40,511 nucleotides of DNA from Bdellovibrionales bacterium. Its GTDB lineage: Bacteria; Bdellovibrionota; Bdellovibrionia; Bdellovibrionales; DASUEL01. The stretch covers positions 1-40,511 of the forward strand of contig JBFWOZ010000026.1 in assembly GCA_050250255.1 (NCBI GenBank), given 5' to 3'. The position numbers and the translations under genes are program-made. This document shows, one piece after another, positions 8,506 through 16,752 of this stretch (positions are counted from its first letter, which is position 1; the number at the start of each line of letters is the position of its first letter). The notes under the pieces are model-generated. The model saw nothing but the letters and a program-made list of their open reading frames with translations. It did no database searches and had not been told where the DNA came from.

Positions 8506-9198
8506 ATGAATAAGATTGTTCCAAACGCCGAAGCCGCAATTCAAGGAGTCAAAGATGGAATGACCATGCTCTTTGGTGGCTTTGGGCTCTGCGGAATTCC
8601 CGAAAATTCTATCGCCGCTCTTTCCAAAACTGGCGTGAAAAATCTTACTTGTGTTTCGAACAACGCCGGTATCGATGGTTTTGGTCTTGGGCTTCTACTC
8701 AAAAACGGTCAGATTCGAAAAATGATTTCGAGCTATGTGGGCGAAAACGAACTTTTTGAACGATTGTATTTAGAAAAAAAATTGGAAGTGGAATTTACTC
8801 CGCAAGGAACTCTCGCCGAACGTTTACGTTCCGGTGGTGCGGGGATCCCTGCTTTTTTCACTCCTACAGGTGTGGGAACGCTCATCGCCGAAGGAAAAGA
8901 AATTAAGAACTTCGATGGACGTGACTACGTGCTTGAACGTGCGATTAAAGGTGATTTTGCATTTGTTAAAGCCTGGAAGGGCGATCGCTACGGAAATCTG
9001 ATGTACCGAATGACGACTCGCAACTTTAATCCCGTGACCGCAACCGCGGGGAAAATCACCATCGCCGAAGTCGAAGAGATTGTGGAAGTGGGTGAATTAG
9101 ACCCCGACCAAGTTCACACTCCAGGTATTTATGTTCAGCGAATTTTCAAAGGTCAGTTTGAAAAACGTATTGAAAATCGCACCGTAAGGAAGGGGTAA
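8506..9198 (+). CDS. scoA: 3-oxoacid CoA-transferase subunit A
   Basis: GGFGLCGIPEN, PQGTLAERLRSGGAGIPAFF; start MNKIV at 8506 with a GAGG SD. Confidence 0.93.
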   Translation: MNKIVPNAEAAIQGVKDGMTMLFGGFGLCGIPENSIAALSKTGVKNLTCVSNNAGIDGFGLGLLLKNGQIRKMISSYVGENELFERLYLEKKLEVEFTPQGTLAERLRSGGAGIPAFFTPTGVGTLIAEGKEIKNFDGRDYVLERAIKGDFAFVKAWKGDRYGNLMYRMTTRNFNPVTATAGKITIAEVEEIVEVGELDPDQVHTPGIYVQRIFKGQFEKRIENRTVRKG

Positions 9199-9201
9199 TA
9201 C

Positions 9202-9858
9202 ATGCCACTTAGTCGAGAACAATTAGCCTCACGGATCGCTCAAGAAATTGAAGATGGCTTCGTAGTGAATTTAGGGATTGGAATCCCTACCCTTGTCGCT
9301 AATTACGTTGGAAAAGATAAAACCGTTCTGTTTCAGAGCGAAAACGGACTTTTGGGAATGGGCCCATTCCCTCTTGAAAGCGAAATTGATGCGGATCTCA
9401 TCAACGCCGGCAAACAAACCGTGACTGCGGTACCAGGTGCAAGTTTTTTTAGTTCTGCTGATAGTTTCGCGATGATTCGTGGAGGCCACGTAGATCTCAC
9501 TGTTCTCGGAGCTATGCAAGTGGATGTAAGCGGAAGCATCGCGAACTGGATGATTCCTGGAAAAATGGTGAAAGGCATGGGAGGCGCGATGGATCTTGTC
9601 GCTGGCGCTCGCCGCGTGATCGTGGCCATGCAACACACGGATAAAAGCGGTACTCCGAAGATTGTAAAAAAATGTGATCTCCCTTTAACGGGAATGAACT
9701 GCGTACAGATGATCGTTTCGGATTACGGAGTGATCAAAGTTGAGAAAGGCGAATTTGTACTCTTAGAGCACGCGCCGGACCTTTCACCCGAGGCCGTTCA
9801 GAAAGCGACGGGAGCTCCGTTAAAATTGTCGCCTACCTTAAAACCAATGAAGGTTTAG
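9202..9858 (+). CDS. scoB: 3-oxoacid CoA-transferase subunit B
   Basis: VNLGIGIPTLVAN, QSENG (catalytic Glu), KGMGGAMDLV. Confidence 0.93.
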   Translation: MPLSREQLASRIAQEIEDGFVVNLGIGIPTLVANYVGKDKTVLFQSENGLLGMGPFPLESEIDADLINAGKQTVTAVPGASFFSSADSFAMIRGGHVDLTVLGAMQVDVSGSIANWMIPGKMVKGMGGAMDLVAGARRVIVAMQHTDKSGTPKIVKKCDLPLTGMNCVQMIVSDYGVIKVEKGEFVLLEHAPDLSPEAVQKATGAPLKLSPTLKPMKV

Positions 9859-10015
9859 TGGCACCTAAAGTAAAACCTTCTCTCTACTTTTGTAAGTACA
9901 TCTATATCCTTATGTTCACTTAAGCCGTGAATTTAAGACAGAACCGTCAAAACAACATGATTTCTCCTTTAACTCATAAGGAGAGTTACTGAAATAAATA
10001 ATATAGCTGAAAGTA

Positions 10016-10044
10016 TTGACTTTTACTGGACCTAAACCTATAAA
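10016..10044 (+). promoter_or_regulatory. Sigma70 promoter for a probably leaderless RAYT transcript
   Basis: TTGACT-N17-TATAAA-N6-ATG(10051), no SD. Confidence 0.6.
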
Positions 10045-10050
10045 TGCTCC

Positions 10051-10578
10051 ATGAGCCGGCTCCAACTTAAACTTTTTAGGCAAGATTCGACCTCTTTTGG
10101 TGGAAGTCTTTTTACGGGGAATGCTCGCGAGAAACGGCCCTTCTCACGTACATGTTTAACTCACGTAGTGATGCGGTCTCGTCATGCTGTTGGTAGCTGG
10201 TCGATGCTTCAGCCTAAAAATAAAAAGTATATTGATTCCAAAGTTCGATACTTTGCAAAGAAGTTTTATGTGAATCTCAAGCGTTTTGAGAATGTGGGAA
10301 ATCATCTCCACATCGTAATTCAAGCTCCTACGAGAGAAGCACAGGCGAATTTTCTTCGAACTATCAGTGCTCTTATTAGTCGACAAGTGATGGGAGCCCA
10401 TAAAGGTCGTCCTACAAAGATTCAAAAATTTTGGGATGCAAAGCCTTTTACGAAACTTGTGAAATGGGCGGTTCAGTATCCTAGGCTCATGAAGTACATG
10501 GCTTATAATTCTCTTGAAGCGATTGGGTTTTCTAAACAAGGTGCGAAAGAATATCTTGCGTTGTTCTCGACTTCCTAG
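10051..10578 (+). CDS. Y1 HUH transposase, REP-associated tyrosine transposase (RAYT)-like
   Basis: HVVMR, ENVGNHLHIVI (HUH), FW motif and catalytic Tyr helix KYMAYN; no tnpB beside it. Confidence 0.8.
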   Translation: MSRLQLKLFRQDSTSFGGSLFTGNAREKRPFSRTCLTHVVMRSRHAVGSWSMLQPKNKKYIDSKVRYFAKKFYVNLKRFENVGNHLHIVIQAPTREAQANFLRTISALISRQVMGAHKGRPTKIQKFWDAKPFTKLVKWAVQYPRLMKYMAYNSLEAIGFSKQGAKEYLALFSTS

Positions 10579-10596
10579 CTGTCTTATCCAGAATAG

Positions 10597-10803
10597 CTAA
10601 TCGTACGCGCGACCTTTAGTGAACGACACTAGCTCCCCATTTTGCACTTCATAGACGAGACTGATCGCACGACAACACACTTCACAATCTTCAACGTAAG
10701 TTTGCATTCCGTCGACCGAAAGATCGAGGAGCATACTGATCTTTTGCAAACAAAATGGACATTTAAAAAACTTCTCTTGTTCCACTCCCCTTTTTAGCAT
10801 CAT
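10597..10803 (-). CDS. CPXCG-motif cysteine-rich small protein
   Basis: CPFC...DLSVDGMQTYVEDCEVCCRAI. The real start may be the internal GTG (VEQEK). Confidence 0.85.
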   Translation of the reverse strand: MMLKRGVEQEKFFKCPFCLQKISMLLDLSVDGMQTYVEDCEVCCRAISLVYEVQNGELVSFTKGRAYD

Positions 10804-10818
10804 TTCGACCCCACCGCA

Positions 10819-10975
10819 AAAAGGCGCGCCGCTCCTTTTGGTAGCGAGCGTGCGTCAAAAGTCACTTAAAACACTCTGCCGAAACAAAGAAAACAGAGGA
10901 ACATAAGAAGTCTGCGAGATGGCAGGCCGTCGGACATAACGCAATATTGCTACCAAAAGGAGCGGCGCACCTTTT
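10819..10975. repeat. REPIN/MITE-like inverted-repeat element
   Basis: 27-bp arms AAAAGGCGCGCCGCTCCTTTTGGTAGC (10819-10845) and GCTACCAAAAGGAGCGGCGCACCTTTT (10949-10975), 1 mismatch, 103-bp spacer. Each arm holds its own AAAAGG..CCTTTT hairpin. Confidence 0.85.
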
Positions 10976-11028
10976 AAGTGGATTGTCTTCCAAAAGCCGC
11001 TTAATTTTGGAACTACCTAGGAGTTAAC

Positions 11029-12237
11029 ATGAAAAACTCATTGAAAATTGTAGGTCTCATTTTAGCGATGACTTTTGGAGCTCAAGCTTTTTCTCCGACA
11101 TGGATCGCCGAAGTGCGAGAGATTTATAACCCTCCAGGCGCTGCTTCCTCCAACACTCAAGGACTCGCTTATTCTCAAGCGGAGAAAGCTCTCTACACGA
11201 GTATCACGACAAGCTTTCCAAATCGCAAAGAGTGGAGCATTCGCAAAAGTTTGGATTTTGGAAATACGTGGCAGACCGTTCACTCGGTGGAAGTGAACGT
11301 CACAATTTGGTCTGCGGGAGGACGAGATATCGCTTTTTCTCCGACAGGATCTATTTTCGCGATTGGGCGCACCGAAGATCCTGACAAACGCAGTCGTTGG
11401 CTTGTCCTTCGCGGGAATCAAACTCCAGGAAGCTGGGAGATCGTCGACAACTATACTCTTTTCCCTGCACCTGGTGATCACTATGCGTATCACATTGCCA
11501 TTTCACGTAAAGGCTACGTGTGCGTGACTGGAAAAGTTGCCAACAATACTGACAGCACCCAAGTGACAGAACGACGTTGGATTGTTCGTTGTTCAAAAGA
11601 TGATGGTGAAACCTGGCAGACAATCGACGACGAACCAGAGGGCCTTTCGAGTTCACTCGCTTTTGATTCAAAAGGAAATCTCTATGCTGCGGGAGTAAAA
11701 TATGCGGCGAATATGCCAAGCGTCCTTCAGGTCAAAAAATTAGCTCGTGGCACTTCCACATGGAAAGTGATCGATCGCTTCCAATATGCCGGCCGACACA
11801 CGGGAGCTATCAATGCGTTTGTCGATTCCAAAGATCGCGTCTACGCCATGGGTTCCGGTTGGGAAAATCAGGAGGCTCAACTCCGACGTTGGCTCATAAG
11901 ACGCAGCAATGATGGGGGCCAAACCTGGAAGCTAGTCGATCGTTATACTTTACAAGAAGGGGCTTACGCAGAAGCCTACCAAATGGTCGAAGACCATAAA
12001 GGACGTCTCTTCACTGTGGGCTACGCTATGGATTTGGAAAAACGCTACCATGCGATCATTAGAATGTCCGTAAATGGTGGGAAAACATGGTCTACCGTTT
12101 CCGATTACATGGGTCCCGATAACTTAGGATTGTATGGTCACAATTTGACTTCGACACCCAAGAGAATTTTCTTTAGCGGCGGCTGGTACGCTCAAGAAGG
12201 TCGCAAGGCTATTCTCGCAGAGCTACTTCAGGAATAA
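11029..12237 (+). CDS. Secreted BNR/Asp-box beta-propeller protein (sialidase-like fold)
   Basis: Signal peptide; Asp boxes SLDFGNTW, SKDDGETW, SNDGGQTW, SVNGGKTW. Confidence 0.8.
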   Translation: MKNSLKIVGLILAMTFGAQAFSPTWIAEVREIYNPPGAASSNTQGLAYSQAEKALYTSITTSFPNRKEWSIRKSLDFGNTWQTVHSVEVNVTIWSAGGRDIAFSPTGSIFAIGRTEDPDKRSRWLVLRGNQTPGSWEIVDNYTLFPAPGDHYAYHIAISRKGYVCVTGKVANNTDSTQVTERRWIVRCSKDDGETWQTIDDEPEGLSSSLAFDSKGNLYAAGVKYAANMPSVLQVKKLARGTSTWKVIDRFQYAGRHTGAINAFVDSKDRVYAMGSGWENQEAQLRRWLIRRSNDGGQTWKLVDRYTLQEGAYAEAYQMVEDHKGRLFTVGYAMDLEKRYHAIIRMSVNGGKTWSTVSDYMGPDNLGLYGHNLTSTPKRIFFSGGWYAQEGRKAILAELLQE

Positions 12238-12414
12238 CTCTCATAATTTGTATTGATCCCTATTAAATGTTCTTCCAAGACTTACGAGCTAGACTTTAGC
12301 ATTTAATCTTACTCGACCAACATCCTAGTCTTTTCCAAACCTCGAAATCTCTTCAATTTTTCTCCACATACTGCCGATTTTTAATAAGAGAAACTTTGTT
12401 TAGGAGGCCCTCGC

Positions 12415-13395
12415 TTGGGTGCAGCAGCTAAGAAACTCGCAGTGAATGAAATTCTCTTTCGCGAAGGTGACGATTCTGATGCTATGTACGTCGTTAAATC
12501 TGGCCGCCTCACTATTTTTAAAACAAAGGGTAAAGGCGAAATAGAATTAGCTTCTGTCGGACCAGGACAGATGTTCGGAGAAATGGCCTTCTTTGATCAA
12601 CGACCACGCTCCGCCAGCGTAAAAGCCACACAAGATGCAGAAATCATCGTGCTTCCCTTCTCCGCTCTCCAAGCCCAATTTAAAACTTTTCCCGAGTGGC
12701 TAAAATCAATGATCAAAACGATCAACGATCATCTTCGCGATGCCAACGCACGTATAAAAAATCTCGAACAAGCCAACACCGACACGAAAGCTTTCCCCCC
12801 TCATACCGTCACTAAACTCTGTAGCATTCTATCTTTGATTGCGCATAAATTTGGCGAATCCACTCCTGATGGAGTGATCATCCCCGGAGGAACGCTCCGA
12901 AAATATACGATTCAGATCTTTCAAGAGCCCACGAATAAAATGCAAAAGCTGATTGAACAACTCTCAGCGCTCGGACTTATGAAAAGTGAAGATTTAGGAG
13001 AGGGTAAGCAGCGCCTAACACTTCTTAAACCGGAGATCCTTGCCGATTTCGTAGAATTTTATAACGAGTATCTATTTGCAGAGCCCGCAAAGCGTGTGAC
13101 TGTTGAGGAAGCTGAACTGAAAATTCTTCGTGGACTCATTTTCTTTGGAAAACAAGTCACTCCAAATGAAAAAGGCCAAGTAAGAGTTTCTCTGAACGTC
13201 ATGCAAAATGAATCAATGAAAACTTTAGGTCACGTCCTTACCACCAACGATGCCAATAGTCTCATCCAAAAAGGACTCATCAGCGAGAAAGAATCTGCTA
13301 AAAATGAGCTCTTCACTTCTTTTGATTTAAAAAATCTAGAGAGAATTCTTCCCTTTTGGGAAATCATCTATACTTTAGATAAAGTAGCCCGTTAA
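12415..13395 (+). CDS. Cyclic-nucleotide-binding (Crp/Fnr-like) protein
   Basis: LFREGD..AMYVVKSG and an intact phosphate-binding cassette FGEMAFFDQRPRSASV; TTG start with AGGAGG SD. Confidence 0.85.
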   Translation: MGAAAKKLAVNEILFREGDDSDAMYVVKSGRLTIFKTKGKGEIELASVGPGQMFGEMAFFDQRPRSASVKATQDAEIIVLPFSALQAQFKTFPEWLKSMIKTINDHLRDANARIKNLEQANTDTKAFPPHTVTKLCSILSLIAHKFGESTPDGVIIPGGTLRKYTIQIFQEPTNKMQKLIEQLSALGLMKSEDLGEGKQRLTLLKPEILADFVEFYNEYLFAEPAKRVTVEEAELKILRGLIFFGKQVTPNEKGQVRVSLNVMQNESMKTLGHVLTTNDANSLIQKGLISEKESAKNELFTSFDLKNLERILPFWEIIYTLDKVAR

Positions 13396-14861
13396 CGAAA
13401 ACGTAAGGGTCGCTGAGATACCGGCAACATCTTCTTTGTGTCACCTTTGACAGTATAGACTCGCACAGAGTTGGTCGTTCCACGTTCCATGACCGGCATG
13501 CCCATCGTTAAAATCATTTTGTCGCCAGCTTTTACAACGCCATACTTGAGAAGCATATCCTCAATCTGAAAGATGGCAGAATCCGTTGAATCATAGGGGT
13601 TAATGGCAATCGTATGAATTCCCCAAACAAGTTCTAAACGGTTCAACGTCGGCATTAAATGTGTTACAGCAATGATACGGGCTTTTGGGCGGCTCTTAGA
13701 AATCAGAGTCGCAGTTTTTCCTGAAGTTGTAAGGCAAACTATGACTGCGGCATTAAGTTTTTTTGCACACAAACAGGCGCTCGCGGCAATCGCTTCCGCC
13801 ACGCTCAGAAACTCGTCTTCCAAGCTCATCTTGTAATAATACTTACCTGTGCGTTCCACTTCGCGAATCACTTCACCCATGGTTTGAACACATTTAAACG
13901 GAAATTGACCAGAAGCTGTTTCTGCAGAGAGCATCAAGGCATCAGATCCATCTAAAACAGCATTTGCGATATCTGTCACTTCTGCTCGAGTAGGCGTTGG
14001 ATTTTGAATCATACTCTCAAGCATTTGGGTCGCCGTAATGACCGGTCTTCCCAACTGATTACAGAGGCTGATAATCTCTTTTTGAATTCCGGGAAGTAGG
14101 CTCGCACCGACTTCAGTCGCAAGATCGCCACGCGCGACCATCACCGCATCACTCAATCGCACAATGTCTTCAAGATTATCTAATGCCTCTAACATTTCAA
14201 TTTTTGCAATAATTCGTGTCGCCGGATTTTTTGCATCCACAAGACTACGAAGTTTACGCATATCTTCACCGCGTCGAACGAAACTAAGTGCTACGTAATC
14301 CACTTTTTGGGAAAGACCAAATTCCAAATCTTGGAGATCTTTAGGTGTAAGGCAATCCACACTCAAGTTTGCCCCGGGAATATTCATTCCCTTTCGATCC
14401 TTTAACGGTCCACCATAGATAACGGTACAATGAACTTCTTCGCCTTGAACTTTTTCTACTTTTAATTCAATGAGTCCATCATCGAGCAAAATTTTTGTTC
14501 CTGTCTTACAATCTTGAGGAAGAGTTTTGAAATCCGTGGGGATAACGCCATTTTCACCAAGAGTGGCTTGGGTAGATATGATCACCGACTCTCCAGGCTT
14601 TAACTGCATCACACCATCTTTCATCTTGCCTACGCGAATCTTTGGACCCTGCAGATCTTGAAGAATGGCAACAGAAGCGTTTAACTCTGTACTCACCTTA
14701 CGAATATTTTGAATGACCGAATGATGATCTTCATGAGTACCGTGACTAAAATTAAGTCTCGCCACGTCCATGCCAGAAATAATGAGCTCCCTCACACCCT
14801 GCTCACTTTTCGTAGCAGGGCCGATGGTCGCCACAATTTTTACTCTTTTATCGGCAAGCAT
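13392..14861 (-). CDS. pyk: Pyruvate kinase
   Basis: KIVATIGPA, RLNFSHG, DLQGPKIR, MVARGDL, TATQMLESM, PTRAE. Confidence 0.97.
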   Translation of the reverse strand: MLADKRVKIVATIGPATKSEQGVRELIISGMDVARLNFSHGTHEDHHSVIQNIRKVSTELNASVAILQDLQGPKIRVGKMKDGVMQLKPGESVIISTQATLGENGVIPTDFKTLPQDCKTGTKILLDDGLIELKVEKVQGEEVHCTVIYGGPLKDRKGMNIPGANLSVDCLTPKDLQDLEFGLSQKVDYVALSFVRRGEDMRKLRSLVDAKNPATRIIAKIEMLEALDNLEDIVRLSDAVMVARGDLATEVGASLLPGIQKEIISLCNQLGRPVITATQMLESMIQNPTPTRAEVTDIANAVLDGSDALMLSAETASGQFPFKCVQTMGEVIREVERTGKYYYKMSLEDEFLSVAEAIAASACLCAKKLNAAVIVCLTTSGKTATLISKSRPKARIIAVTHLMPTLNRLELVWGIHTIAINPYDSTDSAIFQIEDMLLKYGVVKAGDKMILTMGMPVMERGTTNSVRVYTVKGDTKKMLPVSQRPLRFR

Positions 14862-14867
14862 TGATGA

Positions 14868-16547
14868 TTACGACTTTCCTTTAACCGAAGGTGCGCTACC
14901 ACTACGAGCTAAATCAGCCTGCAATCTTTCTATTTTCTTCTGCTGCATTTCGTGCTGATGATCTGATTTTTCTTTTAATTGTGAAATTTGATTTTCAAAC
15001 TGTAACTCTTGAGCCTTTAGCTTCAAATCCCAATGATGTTCGGCCATTTTTAGTCTTTCATGAGCCGTCTCACGCTCTTTCACAATGTCGGCCTTCCCTC
15101 GCAACGTCAGTTCGGCAATTTGGTTTTCATAACGCTGACTCGTCTCCGCAAGCTTCTTTCCATTCTTAACATCGGCTTCCTTCATGACCTTTTCCATGTT
15201 GGATATAGCCTCACCCTGTTCTCTAAGTCCTTTATTCTTTACGTTAGAGACTTGTTCACTATAATTACGCTTCATCTGCTGAACAAGGCTTTTGAAGCGC
15301 TCTTCCATTTCGCGTTTTTCCATTTGAAAACGACTTTTAAGCTTTTCTGCATGCAACTTACCCTGATTGTCTAATTGAGCCGTCCGGGAATCAAAGTCCA
15401 CTTGCAATTGACGAGACTGTTCATCTTTGACCATTTCGAGACTGTTGATTTTACCTCGATAAAATGCTGCTTGATCACCCATAAGATCGGAATTCTTCTT
15501 GGACATAGTTCCAACAGCTTCTTGATTCCTCTCGTTGGAATCAGCAACAGCTTTCAATCGCTGCTCTTCCATCACCTGCTGTCGATTTTTCACCGCTTCC
15601 ATCAGCGCTTCGCGCTCTCGCTTCGCGATATTTCTTATCGCAACCGTATCTTCAATATTTGAACCCTTAGCTTTTGCGAGATCACCCTCAAGACGCTGAA
15701 TTTGATTTAAAGTGCGCCGATCTGAAATCTGTTTCAGATTTGCCAAAGACTTAGCACTTTTCTCTTCGTTTTTCGCAAAGTTCTCGTGCATTTCTTCTCT
15801 CATATCTGTCATTGAGGAATCAAAGCCTTCTTTTTGCGCTTTTGTACGATTGGCGTAGGTCTCCTGAAGAGTTTTTAAATTTGTGTCAAAGCGATCCGTA
15901 AGACTTCGTCTTTGCATTTCTTTCTGCTCTTTGAGCTCACTAATTTGCGCGTCTTTTTGTCTTCGCTGAAGCTCTTTTGCTCGCTGAATCTCCGTGAGCT
16001 CTTTTCTACGCTCCGACTCAGCGTGCGTTCTTTCATTTGAATTTTTCTCAACCAGCTGATTTTTTTCCCTGACAAGATCTGTTTCAACTTTATCTCTCAG
16101 ACGGTGTGTCTCATTTGAAAAATCACTTTCAAGTTCCTTAATATAACCGTCATAGTTGTCACGCAGGGTGCGCATCTGTTCTTCCTTCGAGCCTTCTACG
16201 TGAGTGATCTGTTCTTTTGTACCTTTTCTATGTTCCGCAAGCGCCCGGTCATGCTCTGCCGCCGATTTGCGCGACTGCGAACGATGAACACGACCTACTT
16301 CATCAATTTCTTTTTGATAGTCGCGATCTTTTTTCGTCAAGATGCGATTTGATTCGTTGCGAACTGCAGCCAGAGAATCTGAGTGTTTTTTGCTTTGTGC
16401 TTTTAATTTTTCTTCATTCTCTTTTTGGAGACGCTTCAGCTGGGCTTCATTAGCCCTTTTCTGCTCTGTTTCGCGATTACGATACTCTTCCGCTTGACGC
16501 TGAACTGTATCGCCATTCGAATTATTCTTAACACCATCGACCGCCAT
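14868..16547 (-). CDS. Long coiled-coil hypothetical protein
   Basis: 559 aa, E/K/Q/R-rich and almost Pro-free; AGGAGG SD. Confidence 0.8.
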   Translation of the reverse strand: MAVDGVKNNSNGDTVQRQAEEYRNRETEQKRANEAQLKRLQKENEEKLKAQSKKHSDSLAAVRNESNRILTKKDRDYQKEIDEVGRVHRSQSRKSAAEHDRALAEHRKGTKEQITHVEGSKEEQMRTLRDNYDGYIKELESDFSNETHRLRDKVETDLVREKNQLVEKNSNERTHAESERRKELTEIQRAKELQRRQKDAQISELKEQKEMQRRSLTDRFDTNLKTLQETYANRTKAQKEGFDSSMTDMREEMHENFAKNEEKSAKSLANLKQISDRRTLNQIQRLEGDLAKAKGSNIEDTVAIRNIAKREREALMEAVKNRQQVMEEQRLKAVADSNERNQEAVGTMSKKNSDLMGDQAAFYRGKINSLEMVKDEQSRQLQVDFDSRTAQLDNQGKLHAEKLKSRFQMEKREMEERFKSLVQQMKRNYSEQVSNVKNKGLREQGEAISNMEKVMKEADVKNGKKLAETSQRYENQIAELTLRGKADIVKERETAHERLKMAEHHWDLKLKAQELQFENQISQLKEKSDHQHEMQQKKIERLQADLARSGSAPSVKGKS

Positions 16548-16708
16548 CTCTCTCCTCCTTGAGAAAGTTCACGAGAAAAAATGACTTTTCCTTAATTATT
16601 ACATTATCATGAACGCCTATTCCTTCTGAGTATTAATCGCAAAAGCCAAGACATTAGGCTGCATTCGATAATTTCTAATGATTTTTGTTTCAGGTCACTG
16701 GACGAGAC

Positions 16709-16746
16709 GGGATCAAAGTCTATGCGAAACATAAGACTATGGTCCC
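16709..16746 (-). terminator. Imperfect hairpin just after the large lipoprotein gene
   Basis: GGGATCA..AGTCTATG-CGAAA-CATAAGACT..TGGTCCC, a few nt past the stop; no clear U tract. Confidence 0.35.
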
Positions 16747-16752
16747 CAAAGA

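Noticed and set aside
10597..10803. CPXCG protein as a possible MNIO precursor peptide
   Set aside because: It is a known Zn-ribbon-like family, lies more than 5 kb away and has no leader or signal peptide.
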